The notes under the pieces were generated by a model. The model had not been told where the DNA came from. It did not search any database and saw nothing but the letters and a program-made list of their open reading frames with translations. A stretch of 64,000 bases of DNA from Betaproteobacteria bacterium (GTDB lineage Bacteria; Pseudomonadota; Gammaproteobacteria; Burkholderiales; Ga0077523), in the NCBI GenBank assembly GCA_025350245.1, contig JANXYG010000118.1, positions 482-64,481 of the forward strand, written 5' to 3'. Of the stretch, positions 24,952 through 38,603 are shown piece by piece. The stretch's first letter is position 1. The number at the start of each line of letters is the position of its first letter. The translations under genes were made by a program, and so were the position numbers.

Positions 24952-27206
24952 CGCGACTTGTATTCCTTGGTTGATTTTCCGGCCTTGGGCGCCTTTGCCG
25001 CCTTGTCCGGCTGCCCGGCCGGGACAAAATCGAGCCGTGACGATTCCATGTCGACTCGCACCAGCTTCACGGCCAGACGGTCGCCCAGGCGGTAGCGCTG
25101 GCCGGTGCGTTCGCCCAGCAGATGGTGCTTGGCGGCGTCGAAATGGAAGTAGTCGGTGCCCAGCTCCGAGATGTGAACCAGGCCTTCGACGTAGACCGAA
25201 TCCAGCGCCACGAACACCCCGAAGCCGGTGACGCCACTGATGGTGCCGTCGAACACCTCGTTCACGCGGTCCTGCATGTAGAAGCACTTGAGCCACGCTT
25301 CGACCTCACGCGTGGCGTCGTCGGCGCGCCGCTCGGTCATCGAGCAGTGGCGGCCGATCTCGGCCAGATCGCCCATTTTCTTCTGATCACCGGCCAGCAC
25401 CGCGCGGATGGCGCGATGGATCACCAGATCGGGATAGCGCCGGATCGGCGAGGTGAAATGCGTGTACGACTCGTAGGCGAGACCGAAGTGGCCGAGCGCC
25501 TCGGGGCGGTATTGCGCCTGCTGCAGCGACCGCAGCATTACGGTCTGCAACAGTTCGGCGTCGGGCCGCGACCTGATGCGCGCCAGCAGTTGCGCGTAGT
25601 CCTTGGCGTGGGGTTCGTCGCCGCCTTCGAGCTGGAGGCCGAACTCGCGCAGAAACTCATGCAGGCGTTCGAGCTTCTCCGGGGTGGGACCTGCGTGCAC
25701 CCGGTAAAGCGCAGGCTGTTCGTGTCCCTGGAGAAACGCCGAGGCGCAGACGTTGGCCGCCAGCATGCATTCTTCGATGATGCGATGCGCGTCGTTGCGC
25801 GAGGTGCGCTCGATGCGGCTGATCTTGCCGCGGTCGTCGAAGATCATGCGCGTCTCGACCGTTTCGAAGTCGATCGCGCCACGCTTGGCACGCGCTGTCA
25901 GCAGCACGCCGAACAGGTGGTTGAGCGCCTCCAGTTGCGGCCGCACCGGCGCCAGCCGTTTGGCCGTTTCGCTGGCGGGCGCCGACAGCGCCTCCCAGAC
26001 CTCGGTGTAGGTCAGCCGCGCATGCGAGTGCATCACCGCCGGGTAGAACTCATATTTCGTGATCTCGCCGCGGGCATCGATGTCCATCTCGCACACCATG
26101 CACAGCCGGTCCACGCCCTGGTTGATCGAGCAGATGCCGTTCGACAAGGCCTCCGGCAGCATCGGGATCACCCGGCGCGGGAAGTAGACCGAGTTGCCCC
26201 GCTCACGTGCCTCGCGATCGAGCGCGGAACCCACCGGCACGTAGTGGCTCACGTCGGCGATCGCCACATGCAGCCTGAAGCCCTTGCCGATGACTTCGCA
26301 ATGCACCGCGTCGTCGAAGTCGCGCGCGGTTTCGCCGTCGATCGTGACCAGCGGTACTTCGCGCAGATCGCGTCGGCCGTGCACGTCGCGCGCGCCCACC
26401 CGCTCTGGAATCCGGGCGGCTTCGGCCTCCACCTCGGGCGAGAACTCGTGCGGCAGCTTGTGCTTGCGCAGCGCGATCTCGATTTCCATGCCCGGATCGG
26501 TGGCGTTGCCCAGCACCTGCACGATGCGGGCGATCGGCGGACTGTGGCGGCCGGGCTGCTGGACGATCTCGGCCATGACGATCTGGCCATGCGCCGCGTC
26601 GCCACTCGCGTCGGCGGGTACCAGCATGTCGTGATGCAGCCGGCGATCGGCCGGCTCGATCCGGCCGATGCCGTGCTCCAGGTGAAAGCGCCCGACGATG
26701 GTGGCGTTGGCGCGCTCCAGCACCTCGACGATCTCGCCTTCGACGCGCCCGCGCCGGTCGATGCCCGCCTGGCGCACCATGACGCGGTCACCGTGCAGCA
26801 CCTTCGACATCTCGCCGGGATTGAGGAACATGTCGGGTTCCTCGTCGTCGCGGATGAGAAAGCCGAAACCGTCTGGATGGCCTTGCACGGTGCCGGCCAC
26901 GAGGTCGATCTTCTCGGCGACGCACAGGGCGCGGCGCCGGTTGACGATGATCTGGCCGGCACGGGCCATGGCCTGGAGCCGCCGGGCGAAGAACTCGATC
27001 TCGTCGTCGGTGATGGCGAGGCGCTCGATCAATTCTTCCTGCTGCAACGGCGCGCCCTCGGCTTCCATCACCTGCAGGATGAATTCCCGCGATGGCAAGG
27101 GATCCTGGTAGGTCGCGCGCTCGCGCTCAAGAAACGGGTCGGACTGCCGCAGCGCCATGGCGGCGCGCTGGCTGGCGGTGAGGGATTGGGATTTTTTCGG
27201 GGGCAT
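24948..27206 (-). CDS. rnr: Ribonuclease R
   Basis: 752 aa. It has an RNB catalytic domain (..VTIDGETARDFDDAVHCE..), a C-terminal S1 domain (..GTISGVTGFGVFVALD..GLVHISEL..) and a Lys-rich tail. Confidence 0.95.
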   Translation of the reverse strand: MPPKKSQSLTASQRAAMALRQSDPFLERERATYQDPLPSREFILQVMEAEGAPLQQEELIERLAITDDEIEFFARRLQAMARAGQIIVNRRRALCVAEKIDLVAGTVQGHPDGFGFLIRDDEEPDMFLNPGEMSKVLHGDRVMVRQAGIDRRGRVEGEIVEVLERANATIVGRFHLEHGIGRIEPADRRLHHDMLVPADASGDAAHGQIVMAEIVQQPGRHSPPIARIVQVLGNATDPGMEIEIALRKHKLPHEFSPEVEAEAARIPERVGARDVHGRRDLREVPLVTIDGETARDFDDAVHCEVIGKGFRLHVAIADVSHYVPVGSALDREARERGNSVYFPRRVIPMLPEALSNGICSINQGVDRLCMVCEMDIDARGEITKYEFYPAVMHSHARLTYTEVWEALSAPASETAKRLAPVRPQLEALNHLFGVLLTARAKRGAIDFETVETRMIFDDRGKISRIERTSRNDAHRIIEECMLAANVCASAFLQGHEQPALYRVHAGPTPEKLERLHEFLREFGLQLEGGDEPHAKDYAQLLARIRSRPDAELLQTVMLRSLQQAQYRPEALGHFGLAYESYTHFTSPIRRYPDLVIHRAIRAVLAGDQKKMGDLAEIGRHCSMTERRADDATREVEAWLKCFYMQDRVNEVFDGTISGVTGFGVFVALDSVYVEGLVHISELGTDYFHFDAAKHHLLGERTGQRYRLGDRLAVKLVRVDMESSRLDFVPAGQPDKAAKAPKAGKSTKEYKSR

Positions 27207-27233
27207 GGCGGGGGCGGAAGCGTTCCGGCTGGT

Positions 27234-27262
27234 TTGACAAGGCGCGCCGTAGCGGCTAAATT
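27234..27262 (+). promoter_or_regulatory. Candidate sigma70 promoter for tRNA-Leu (TTGACA-17 nt-TAAATT) with a GC-rich discriminator
   Basis: ttgaca at 27234-27239, a 17-nt spacer, taaatt at 27257-27262, then tcgcgccc. The mature tRNA 5' end lies 14 nt after the -10. Confidence 0.55.
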
Positions 27263-27275
27263 TCGCGCCCGTTGT

Positions 27276-27362
27276 GCCGAGATGGCGGAATTGGTAGACG
27301 CACCAGGTTCAGGTCCTGGCGGGGGCAACCCTGTGGAGGTTCGAGTCCTCTTCTCGGCACCA
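27276..27362 (+). tRNA. tRNA-Leu (anticodon CAG), long variable arm, encoded CCA
   Basis: 87 nt. Acceptor stem GCCGAGA/TCTCGGC, anticodon arm CCAGG-TTCAGGT-CCTGG (anticodon CAG), long variable arm, T arm GGAGG-TTCGAGT-CCTC(T), 3' ACCA. Confidence 0.95.
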
Positions 27363-27408
27363 AATTTTGGGGGTCAGGTCTTGCAGCAACGCATCTGCGG
27401 GCGATGCG

Positions 27409-29935
<2,527 letters not shown>

Positions 29936-29970
29936 GGGTGTTGGAATGAAGCGGGTGGAAAGCGTAAGGA

Positions 29971-30162
29971 TCAGCCGGCGCGCGCCAGGGCGAGGACGAG
30001 CAGGCCCGCCAGCATCGAGGTCAGGCCCATGAAGCGCAACTGGCCGTCGGACAGCTCGGTGAGCTTGCGAAAGGCATCGCGCCAGACGCCGGGCACGAGG
30101 AACGGCAGCAGCCCTTCCAGCACCAGCAGCAGCGCCAGCGCGGTCAGCAACGAGTCGCTCAC
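29971..30162 (-). CDS. DUF2065 small membrane protein
   Basis: 63 aa (GTG start) with two hydrophobic helices. ..[20 protein letters not shown].. It occupies the usual position after hflC. Confidence 0.75.
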   Translation of the reverse strand: MSDSLLTALALLLVLEGLLPFLVPGVWRDAFRKLTELSDGQLRFMGLTSMLAGLLVLALARAG

Positions 30163-30199
30163 GGCCCCTCCGTGGCGCGGGCGGCGCTAAGCCTTGCGC

Positions 30200-31072
30200 T
30201 CAGCGCTTGCCCGCCCCTTTGAGGTACTTGAAGAAATCCGACGTGGGTTCGAGCACCAGCACGTCGCTCTTGTTCTTGAAGCTCTGCCGGTAGGCTTCGA
30301 GGCTGCGATAGAAGGCGTAGAACTCGGGGTTCTGCTGGAACGCCTGGGCATAGATGGCGGCGGCCTTGGCGTCACCGTCACCCTTGATGCGCTGGGCGTC
30401 GCGATAGGCTTCGGCGATGATGACTTCGCGCTGTTTGTCGCCCTCGGCACGGATTTTTTCAGACTCGGCGAAACCGAGCGAGCGCAGTTCCTTCGCGACG
30501 CGCTGGCGTTCGGCCTCCATGCGGCGATACACCGAATCGCTCACCTCCTGCGGCAGGTCGACGCGCTTGAGGCGCACGTCGAGCACCTGCACCCCGATCT
30601 CGCGGGCCGCGGCATCGGCGCGTTCGCGCATGATCGACATGACCTGGTCGCGCTCGCCAGAAACGACATCGTGGATGGTGCGCTTGCCGAACTCGTCGCG
30701 CAGGCTGTCGTTCACTTTCTGCATCAGGCGGCGTTTGGCGTCTTCTTCGTTGCCGCGCACCGAGATGTAGTATTGCTTCACGTCGACGATGCGCCACTTG
30801 ACGAACGAATCGACCAGGACGTTCTTCTTTTCGGAGGTGATAAAGAGATCCGGCTCGTCGGTGTCGATGGTGAGAATGCGCGTGTCGAATGTGGTCACGC
30901 GGTCGACCAGCGGCACCTTGAAATACAGCCCGGGCTTGTCTTTCACGCTCACCACCTCACCCAGCCGCAGCACGATCACGCTCTGGCGCTGGTCGACGGT
31001 ATAGAGCGACAGGCTCGCGATGACCAGCAGCAGAATCACGCCGGTCAGGATGGCACCGAGATTGCGGCTCAT
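30200..31072 (-). CDS. hflC: Protease modulator HflC (SPFH/band-7)
   Basis: 290 aa with an N-terminal TM helix and an SPFH domain. It follows hflK. Confidence 0.9.
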   Translation of the reverse strand: MSRNLGAILTGVILLLVIASLSLYTVDQRQSVIVLRLGEVVSVKDKPGLYFKVPLVDRVTTFDTRILTIDTDEPDLFITSEKKNVLVDSFVKWRIVDVKQYYISVRGNEEDAKRRLMQKVNDSLRDEFGKRTIHDVVSGERDQVMSIMRERADAAAREIGVQVLDVRLKRVDLPQEVSDSVYRRMEAERQRVAKELRSLGFAESEKIRAEGDKQREVIIAEAYRDAQRIKGDGDAKAAAIYAQAFQQNPEFYAFYRSLEAYRQSFKNKSDVLVLEPTSDFFKYLKGAGKR

Positions 31073-31238
31073 GGCGAGGCTTCCGAAAAAGACTGGGAGT
31101 GGCAGGAGATCATCGGGTGGCTCATGGGCGCGGCCTCATATCCCGCTCGCGAGAATTCAAGCACCTCGTGTCGGCCGCCGGCGCCCATCGCCTGACCGCC
31201 GATCCCCACGCTGCGCGTGGGGCCCCTCGTCGGGTGGC

Positions 31239-32459
31239 TCATGGGCGCCCCTCCCTTTCCCGCCCGCGAAGGGCTTCGCGCGACCTCGCGACATCGGGCA
31301 CCGCCGGCTGCTGTACCGCCGTGGGCTCGTTCATGGGCGACGGCTTGGCTGCGCCCTGTTCGATGACGCTGACACCGGCCCCGGCAACCGCGCCGCTCAT
31401 CTGCATGATCTTGTCGAGCGGCAGGAACAGCATGTTGCTGCCGGATTTCTGGTCGACAATCACCTTGCTCACATTGGACAGCACGGTCTGCATCATGTCG
31501 AGGTAGAGCCGGTCGCGCGTGACGCCCGGCGCCTTGGAATACTCGGTGAGAATCTGCTTGAAGCGCGAGGCCTCGCCCTCGGCGGTGGCGACCACCCGCT
31601 GGCGATAGCCTTCGGACTCCTGCATCAGCCGCGACGCCGCGCCGCGGGCCTTGGGCACCACGTCGTTGGTGTAAGCCTCGCCTTCGTTCTTCTGCCGTTC
31701 GCGATCCTGGCTGGCCTTGACCGCATCGGCGAAGGCAGCCTGCACCTGCTCCGGCGGCTGCGCGTTCTGCATGGTCACCTGGTTGATGCTGATGCCGGTC
31801 TTGTAACGATCGAGCATTTCCTGCATCAGCACGCGCGCCTCGGCGGTGATCTTGGCGCGGCCTTCGTACAGCACCACGTCCATGCGCGACCGGCCGACAG
31901 CTTCGCGGATGGCGCTTTCGGCCACCTGCTTGACCGACTCGTCGGGGCTACGGTTGTTGAAGAGGTAATCCTGAGGGTCTTTCAGCAGGTACTGCACCGC
32001 GAACTGCACATCGACGATGTTCTCGTCGTCGGTGAGCATCAGCGACTCTTTCGGGACCTTGCTGCGGACGTCGTTGCGGTAGCCGATCTCGACCGTGCGC
32101 ACGCCCGACACGTTAACGGCTTCGGCCGACTCGATCGGGTACGGCAGGTGCCAGCGCGGCCCCGGATCGGTGATCTCGGTGAACTTGCCGAAGCGCAGCA
32201 CCACGCCGCGCTGCGCGGCATCGACGATGTAGAAGCCGCTCGCGATCCACACCAGAAAAACCAGCGCGACCAGCAGGGCGGCGCCGCCACCCAGTTGGCG
32301 CAACCCGCCGCCGGGACCACCGCCACCGCCCGGTGCAGGCGGTTTGCCCTTGCCACCGAACAGAGCGTTGAGCTTCTGGTTGAAGCGTGCCCAGATTTCA
32401 TCGAGATCGGGCGGACCATCGCCACGCTTGCGTCCCCAGTTGGGATCGTTCAATGCCAT
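31239..32459 (-). CDS. hflK: FtsH protease activity modulator HflK (SPFH/band-7)
   Basis: 406 aa. MALNDPNWGRKRGDGPPDLDEIW.., a Gly-rich linker, a TM helix and an SPFH domain. Confidence 0.9.
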   Translation of the reverse strand: MALNDPNWGRKRGDGPPDLDEIWARFNQKLNALFGGKGKPPAPGGGGGPGGGLRQLGGGAALLVALVFLVWIASGFYIVDAAQRGVVLRFGKFTEITDPGPRWHLPYPIESAEAVNVSGVRTVEIGYRNDVRSKVPKESLMLTDDENIVDVQFAVQYLLKDPQDYLFNNRSPDESVKQVAESAIREAVGRSRMDVVLYEGRAKITAEARVLMQEMLDRYKTGISINQVTMQNAQPPEQVQAAFADAVKASQDRERQKNEGEAYTNDVVPKARGAASRLMQESEGYRQRVVATAEGEASRFKQILTEYSKAPGVTRDRLYLDMMQTVLSNVSKVIVDQKSGSNMLFLPLDKIMQMSGAVAGAGVSVIEQGAAKPSPMNEPTAVQQPAVPDVARSREALRGREREGRP

Positions 32460-32556
32460 TCGGTGGATGTCCTGTGCGGAATCGGGGGAAAGTGATGCGT
32501 CGCGCGGTGGCGTTTGCGGCTTAAGGGGTAGGGGAAGACAGGCGGTGGAGGGAAGA

Positions 32557-33681
32557 TCAGGCGGCTTCGAGGCGACCCTCGCGTAGCGCTTCGCTGGCGG
32601 GGCCGGCGAGCTGGTCGAGCACTGCCCTGAGATGCTCCAACCCGGCGCCGGTCAGGGCGCTCAACCTTAGCGCCGAAACTCTACCATATTCATCGGTCTC
32701 CACACCCGGCGCGATGCCGGTGCGGTCGATCTTGTTGTAGACCACGATCTGGCGCGCGGCATCGGCGCCGATGTCGGACAGCACCCGCCCGACCTCGCGC
32801 ATCTGGGCATCGCGATCGGGGCTGGCGGCGTCGACCACATGCAGCAGCAGGTCGGCGCGCGCGGTTTCTTCCAGCGTGGCGCGAAAGGCCTCGACCAGGG
32901 CATGCGGCAGATGGCGGATGAACCCCACGGTGTCGGACACGATCACGGGGCCGTGCTCGCCCCGGACCCGGCGCGACGTGGTGTCGAGCGTGGCGAACAG
33001 CTTGTCGGCGGCATAGGTACCGGTGTGGGTGAGCGCATTGAACAGCGTCGACTTGCCGGCATTGGTGTAGCCCACCAGCGAAACCGTGGGCACGCTGTTG
33101 CGATCGCGCGAGCGGCGCTGGGTTGCCCGCTGGCGGCCCAGCCGTTCGAGCTTCTCCTTGAGCACCTTGACGCGCTTGCCGAGCAGCCGGCGGTCGGTTT
33201 CGAGCTGGGTTTCGCCCGGGCCGCGCAGCCCGATGCCGCCCTTCTGGCGTTCGAGGTGGGTCCAGCCGCGGACCAGCCGCGTGGCCAGGTGTTCGAGCTG
33301 GGCGAGTTCGACCTGGAGCTTGCCGTCGTGGCTCTTGGCGCGCTGGGCGAAGATGTCGAGGATCAGGCTGGTGCGGTCGACCACACGGCATTCGAGCTTG
33401 CGTTCGAGGTTGCGCTCCTGGGCCGGCGACAGCTCGTGGTTGAAGATGACGATCGAGGCTTCGGTGCCGGCAACGGCGTCGGCGATCTCCTGCACCTTGC
33501 CGCTGCCGGCGAAGGTGGAGGGGTCGGCGCGCTTGCACTGTCCGGCGACGTCGGCCACCACTGCCACCCCGGCACTGCGGGCGAGTTCGCGCAGTTCGGC
33601 AGCGGCTTCGGCGGCTTCGGGCTCGCCGTTGAGCAGGCTCACGAGGACCGCACGATCACCACCGGCGTGACGTTCGAACAT
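32557..33681 (-). CDS. hflX: GTPase HflX
   Basis: 374 aa with G1 GYTNAGKST and G3 DTVGF. It lies directly after hfq. Confidence 0.9.
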   Translation of the reverse strand: MFERHAGGDRAVLVSLLNGEPEAAEAAAELRELARSAGVAVVADVAGQCKRADPSTFAGSGKVQEIADAVAGTEASIVIFNHELSPAQERNLERKLECRVVDRTSLILDIFAQRAKSHDGKLQVELAQLEHLATRLVRGWTHLERQKGGIGLRGPGETQLETDRRLLGKRVKVLKEKLERLGRQRATQRRSRDRNSVPTVSLVGYTNAGKSTLFNALTHTGTYAADKLFATLDTTSRRVRGEHGPVIVSDTVGFIRHLPHALVEAFRATLEETARADLLLHVVDAASPDRDAQMREVGRVLSDIGADAARQIVVYNKIDRTGIAPGVETDEYGRVSALRLSALTGAGLEHLRAVLDQLAGPASEALREGRLEAA

Positions 33682-33722
33682 GCCGTCAGTGACGCCGCAG
33701 TGAACGACCCGCGCGGGCTACG

Positions 33723-33962
33723 TCAGATCTCAGGGGGGGGCTCGGAAGTGAAGTTGACGGGACGGGACGGCACCACGGTCGAGATGGCATGCTTGTAGAC
33801 CATCTGGGTGACGGTGTTCTTGAGCAGCACCACGTACTGGTCGAAGGATTCGATCTGGCCCTGCAACTTGATGCCGTTGACGAGGTAGATCGATACCGGG
33901 ACATGTTCCTTGCGCAACGTGTTCAGGAATGGGTCTTGTAGCAACTGCCCTTTGCCGCTCAT
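33723..33962 (-). CDS. hfq: RNA chaperone Hfq
   Basis: 79 aa, [65 protein letters not shown]. Confidence 0.97.
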   Translation of the reverse strand: MSGKGQLLQDPFLNTLRKEHVPVSIYLVNGIKLQGQIESFDQYVVLLKNTVTQMVYKHAISTVVPSRPVNFTSEPPPEI

Positions 33963-34056
33963 CGCCTATCTCCTTTTTATCCGGGTTTGAAGGCATCTCT
34001 AATCTACGTCAAATTATCGGCTAATACCACTTGGGGGCCGTGGTGTCCTGAAGCGA

Positions 34057-34135
34057 CCCCTCATCCCCAGCCCTCCCGGGGGGAGAAGGGAGCAGGAGAC
34101 TTCCCTCTTCCCTCGGAAGGAACCGAGGGTGAGGG
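34057..34135. repeat. Interspersed GC-rich palindromic intergenic element (short member; related to 43346..43540 in inverse orientation)
   Basis: cccctcatcccc..cccggggggagaagggagcaggagac..cctcggaagg..gagggtgaggg. Its reverse complement matches both ends of the 43.3-kb element (ccctcaccctcgg.. and ..gtcctgctcccttctcccccgggaaagggccggggatgaggg). Confidence 0.7.
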
Positions 34136-34165
34136 ACGCCAAGCAATGTCGCTAATTCAGCGGAA

Positions 34166-35497
34166 TCAAAGCTTGCGCCGATCGGCGAACGGATTTCTAC
34201 CGTGCTTGAACTGGACTCGCAACGGTGTGCCGGCCAGCGAAAACGCATCGGCAAACGCATGCTCGAGGTAGCGCCGATAGCTCTCGGGCACATGGTCGAG
34301 CGCGTTGCCGTGAATGATGATCAGGGGCGGATTCGAGCCGCCCTGATGGGCGTACCGCAGTTTCGGCCGGACCGGACCGGTGGTGCGCGGCGGTTGCTGT
34401 TTGGCGACGGCCTCCATCAGCACCCGGGTGAGCCGGGGGGTGGGCAGCTTGACCATCGCGGCGGCGAAGGCAGCATCCACCGAGGTCATGACACCTGACA
34501 ATCCCGTGCCATTCAACGCCGAAATCTGGTGGACGCGCGCGAACCCGAGAAAGTTCAGCTTGCGCGCAAAATCGCGCTTCACCTGCTCGCGCACACCGGG
34601 ATCGAGGCCTTCCCATTTGTTGATGGCGACCACCAGCGCCCGGCCTGCCTCGACGATGAAACCGGCGATGTGGGCATCCTGATCGGAAACGTCCTGACGC
34701 GCGTCGAGCACCAGGATCACCACGTTGGCATCCTCGATCGCCTGCAGGGTCTTGAGCACCGAGAACTTCTCGACCGCCTCCTCGATCTTGCCGCGGCGGC
34801 GCACGCCGGCGGTGTCGATCAGGGTGTAACGGCGACCGTTGCGCTCGAAATCGATGTGAATGCTGTCGCGCGTGGTGCCGGGCTGATCGAAGGCGATCAC
34901 CCGCTCCTCGCCGAGGATGGCGTTGACCAGGGTGGACTTGCCGACGTTCGGTCGGCCGACCACCGCGATGCGCGGCGCGTCGGTTTCCGGTTCGGGCTCG
35001 GCCACCGGAATCGACTCGAGCACCAGTTCGATCAGTTCGCGCACCCCGTCGCCGTGAGCGGCGGAAATGGCCAGCGGATCGCCCAGGCCGAGCTCGTGGA
35101 ACTCGGCGGCGGCGATTTCGCTGCGCATGCCCTCGGCCTTGTTCACCACCAGCCACAGCTTGCGGCCGCTGCGCCGCAAGCGCTCGGCCACGTCGCGGTC
35201 CTGCGGGGTCAGGCCCTGGCGCCCGTCGACCAGCATCACCACGGCGTCGGCTTCATCCACCGCCTGCATGGTCTGCCGCGCCATCTGGTGCAGGATGCCG
35301 TCCTTGGCCACCGGTTCGAAGCCGCCGGTGTCGACCACCAGGTGCGGCTTGTCGCCGAGCCGGCCGTGGCCGTAATGACGGTCGCGGGTGAGCCCGGGCA
35401 GATCGTGCACGATGGCGTCACGGCTGCGCGTGAGCCGGTTGAACAAGGTCGACTTGCCCACGTTGGGCCGACCGACCAGGACCACGGTAGGTTTCAT
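34166..35497 (-). CDS. der: Ribosome biogenesis GTPase Der (EngA), two GTPase domains
   Basis: 443 aa with two P-loops (GRPNVGKST at aa 9-17 and again near aa 183) and a KH-like C-terminus. Confidence 0.95.
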   Translation of the reverse strand: MKPTVVLVGRPNVGKSTLFNRLTRSRDAIVHDLPGLTRDRHYGHGRLGDKPHLVVDTGGFEPVAKDGILHQMARQTMQAVDEADAVVMLVDGRQGLTPQDRDVAERLRRSGRKLWLVVNKAEGMRSEIAAAEFHELGLGDPLAISAAHGDGVRELIELVLESIPVAEPEPETDAPRIAVVGRPNVGKSTLVNAILGEERVIAFDQPGTTRDSIHIDFERNGRRYTLIDTAGVRRRGKIEEAVEKFSVLKTLQAIEDANVVILVLDARQDVSDQDAHIAGFIVEAGRALVVAINKWEGLDPGVREQVKRDFARKLNFLGFARVHQISALNGTGLSGVMTSVDAAFAAAMVKLPTPRLTRVLMEAVAKQQPPRTTGPVRPKLRYAHQGGSNPPLIIIHGNALDHVPESYRRYLEHAFADAFSLAGTPLRVQFKHGRNPFADRRKL

Positions 35498-35507
35498 GGG
35501 CGGCGCT

Positions 35508-36650
35508 TCAGCGCACGGTCACCGCGTACAGACTTCCCTCGCGGGTCTGCACGATCAGGTTGCCCTCGCCCACATACTGCGGCGCCGAGCTGATCGGACC
35601 GCCGTCGGTGGCCAACCGCGTGACCAGCGCCCCATCCTCGCGATCGAAGAAATGCAGATAGCCCTCGAAATCGCCGACCACGATGTAGCGGCCGATCACG
35701 CCCGGCGAGCCGAGCGAACGGTGGGCGAGGATGTCCTGCTTCCAGATGCTGGCGCCGGTGTCGCGGTCGACCGCGTGCAGGTTGCTGGCCTCGTCGACAT
35801 AGTAGAAATAGCGGCCGTCGGCGCCGAGCCCGCCGGTCCCCGAGGCGTCGCGCGCCCAGACCAGCGCACCGCGCACGGCGTCGAAGCAGCCGATCCGGCC
35901 CTGGAAGGCGATGGCGCAGACCTGCCCGTCTGCCACCACCGGCGTGCTCACGACGTCGGTCACGCGCTCGAGCTCGGTGTTGCCACGCGGCTGCGAAACG
36001 GCTGACTCCCACAACAGCGTGCCGGTGGACAACGACAGGGCAATCAGCTTGCCGCCCGCCATACCGGCGAACACCGAGCCCTTCGAAATCGCCACGCCGG
36101 CCGGGGTGCGGATGAGCAGCGCGGGCAGCGTGCCCACATACTCCCAGCGCCGGATGCCGTCAGCGGCATCGAGCCCGTGGATATGGCCATCGCTGGTGCG
36201 GACCACCACCACGCCGTCGTCGAACGCGGGCGGACTCAGCACTTCGCTCGACACCTGCGATGTCCACTTCGGCTTGCCGTCGGCGGTATAGGCCAGCACC
36301 ATGCCCTTGGACGTGCCGACCGTCACCAGGCCGCTGAAGGCTTCGGTGCCGCCCGACACCGGGGACTTGGCGTCGACCCGCCATTTCTGCTTGCCGCTGC
36401 GGGCATCGAACCGCACGATCGCACTGTCGGTGCCCGCGGCGAATACATCGCCATCCCAGATGGCGGGGGTGAACACATAGGGGCCGGCGTCGCCCACCGA
36501 TGCCCGCCAGGCCACCTTCGCGTTTGCCCGGGGTTTGAACTCCTTCAGCTCGGTCGGTTTCGGACCGGAGTCGCTGGCGCAGCCGGCAACCGCCATCGCG
36601 GTCGCCGCGGCGACCAGCCAGACCCATGGCTTGACGCGCGCCGATGTCAT
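35508..36650 (-). CDS. bamB: Outer membrane protein assembly factor BamB (PQQ-like beta-propeller lipoprotein)
   Basis: 380 aa with lipobox ..AMAVAGC and repeated W/G propeller blades. It occupies the conserved yfgM-bamB-der position. Confidence 0.85.
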   Translation of the reverse strand: MTSARVKPWVWLVAAATAMAVAGCASDSGPKPTELKEFKPRANAKVAWRASVGDAGPYVFTPAIWDGDVFAAGTDSAIVRFDARSGKQKWRVDAKSPVSGGTEAFSGLVTVGTSKGMVLAYTADGKPKWTSQVSSEVLSPPAFDDGVVVVRTSDGHIHGLDAADGIRRWEYVGTLPALLIRTPAGVAISKGSVFAGMAGGKLIALSLSTGTLLWESAVSQPRGNTELERVTDVVSTPVVADGQVCAIAFQGRIGCFDAVRGALVWARDASGTGGLGADGRYFYYVDEASNLHAVDRDTGASIWKQDILAHRSLGSPGVIGRYIVVGDFEGYLHFFDREDGALVTRLATDGGPISSAPQYVGEGNLIVQTREGSLYAVTVR

Positions 36651-37282
36651 TTGGCGCCGAGCGCGTCGCGCTTGATCTCGACCAGATTGCGGTACTGGTT
36701 CGACTTGGGCAGCTTGTCGAGCGCGACCTGATAAGCGCCGCGGGCCTCGTCGACCTTGCCCTGCGCGACGAAAACATCGCCGCGCGCATCGGCGAAGAGC
36801 GCGACGAACGATGCCGGCGCCGCCACCGACAAGGCCTGCAAGGCCTCCGGATACTTCTTCTGTTCTTGCAGCACCGCGCCCAGTCGCAGGCTCGCGAGCG
36901 CGCTGGTCTGGGGATCACGCGCGTTGGCGACCGCCCAGCGCAATTGTTCCTCGGCGGCGGTGAGCTGGTGGCCATCGAAGCTCTGCTTCGCCATCAGCAG
37001 CGCGCCGCGCGCGCCGTAAGCCGTGCGCGAAAAATCCGTCATCAGCCTGCGCGACAGCTCAAGGCTGTGCTTGGCGTCGTTGATGCGCACCGCCTCTTCC
37101 AGCTCGGCGAATACGCCCGCCGCCTTCAATGCCTGTTCCTGCTGGTAGTAGCGCCAACCCTGGATGCCGGCGACACCGAGGACGAAGGCGATCGCTGCGG
37201 CGATGACCAGGCGGCCATACTGATTCCACCACGCCTTGAGGTTGTCGATGTTTTCCTGTTCTTCGAGATCGTAGACCGCCAT
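36647..37282 (-). CDS. YfgM-like TPR membrane protein (ancillary SecYEG-associated)
   Basis: 211 aa. MAVYDLEEQENIDNLKAWWNQYG, a TM helix, then TPR-like repeats. It shares ATGA with bamB. Confidence 0.75.
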   Translation of the reverse strand: MAVYDLEEQENIDNLKAWWNQYGRLVIAAAIAFVLGVAGIQGWRYYQQEQALKAAGVFAELEEAVRINDAKHSLELSRRLMTDFSRTAYGARGALLMAKQSFDGHQLTAAEEQLRWAVANARDPQTSALASLRLGAVLQEQKKYPEALQALSVAAPASFVALFADARGDVFVAQGKVDEARGAYQVALDKLPKSNQYRNLVEIKRDALGAK

Positions 37283-37288
37283 GTTTCC

Positions 37289-38557
37289 CTATCCTCTTCC
37301 GTGACCGATGCACGCGGCCAGGTCGGCGACCTTGACCCGCGTCTGTTGTGTGGCTTCACGCAGCGGCTTGACGCTCGCCTCGCCGGCCTGCGCCTCGTCG
37401 TCGCCGATGATGACGGCGTAGCGCGCGCCGCTCGCGTCGGCGCGCTTCATTTGCGACTTGAAGCCGCCACCACCGTAATGCAGCGCCACCGAAATGCCGG
37501 CGTCGCGCAAGTGTTCGGCAACATGCCATGCGTGCGCTTCGGCCTGCTCGCCGCTCCAGACGAGGTAGGCCTCGGCAGCAGCGTTTGCCGTGACGGCGCC
37601 ACCTGCTTCGAGCAGCGCGATCAGGCGTTCGACGCCCATCGCGAATCCGCAGGCGGGTGCCGGCTTGCCGCCGATCTGCTCGATCAAGCCGTCGTAGCGG
37701 CCACCAGCACACACGGTGCCCTGGGCGCCGAGTTCGGTGGTCACCCACTCGAACACGGTGCGATTGTAATAGTCGAGCCCGCGGACCAGTCGCGGATTGA
37801 TGCGAAAGCTTACGCCCGCGATGCGCAGCAGGCGCTGGACGTCGTCGAAATGGCGTCGCGAGTCGTCGTCGAGATCATCGTCCAGACGTGGGGCACCCTC
37901 GATCACGGCTTGCAGCGCGGGGTTCTTGCTGTCGAGTACGCGCAACGGATTGGTGAGCAGGCGGCGTTTCGAGTCGGCATCGAGCACCGCCTCATGCTGC
38001 GAGAGATAGTCGACCAGCCGCGAGCGGTAACGCGCCCGCGCTTCGGTCGAGCCGAGGCTGTTGATCTCCAGCGCGATGCCGCTCAAGCCGAGGTCGCGCC
38101 AGAGGCGATCGACCATCACCATGTGCTCGGCGTCGACATCCGGCCCGGCATAGCCGAGCGCCTCGACCCCGATCTGGTGGAACTGCCGGTAGCGGCCCTT
38201 CTGCGGTTTCTCGTGCCGGAACATGGGGCCTGCATACCAGAGCCGCTGACCGCCGCCGTAGAGCAGATTGTGCTGGACCACCGCCCGCACGCACGATGCC
38301 GTGCCTTCGGGCCGCAGGGTCAGGCTGTCGCCGTTCAACCGGTCGGTGAAGGAGTACATCTCCTTCTCGACGATGTCGGTGACTTCGCCGATCGAGCGCA
38401 CGAACAGGTCGGTGTTCTCGACCACCGGCAGGCGGATCTGGCGGTAACCATAGCGGCGCAGCCAGGCACGCACGGTGTCCTCGAAGAAGTCCCACACGGG
38501 AGCCTCGTCGGGCAGCACGTCTTTCATGCCACGGATGGCCTGGAGGGTTTCTGTCAT
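37289..38557 (-). CDS. hisS: Histidine--tRNA ligase
   Basis: 422 aa from ATG 38557. ..[38 protein letters not shown].. Confidence 0.95.
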   Translation of the reverse strand: MTETLQAIRGMKDVLPDEAPVWDFFEDTVRAWLRRYGYRQIRLPVVENTDLFVRSIGEVTDIVEKEMYSFTDRLNGDSLTLRPEGTASCVRAVVQHNLLYGGGQRLWYAGPMFRHEKPQKGRYRQFHQIGVEALGYAGPDVDAEHMVMVDRLWRDLGLSGIALEINSLGSTEARARYRSRLVDYLSQHEAVLDADSKRRLLTNPLRVLDSKNPALQAVIEGAPRLDDDLDDDSRRHFDDVQRLLRIAGVSFRINPRLVRGLDYYNRTVFEWVTTELGAQGTVCAGGRYDGLIEQIGGKPAPACGFAMGVERLIALLEAGGAVTANAAAEAYLVWSGEQAEAHAWHVAEHLRDAGISVALHYGGGGFKSQMKRADASGARYAVIIGDDEAQAGEASVKPLREATQQTRVKVADLAACIGHGRG

Positions 38558-38603
38558 GGATGCACGCTGGACGGCAAACCGCGCGAACCGGTGTCGGCTG
38601 GCG

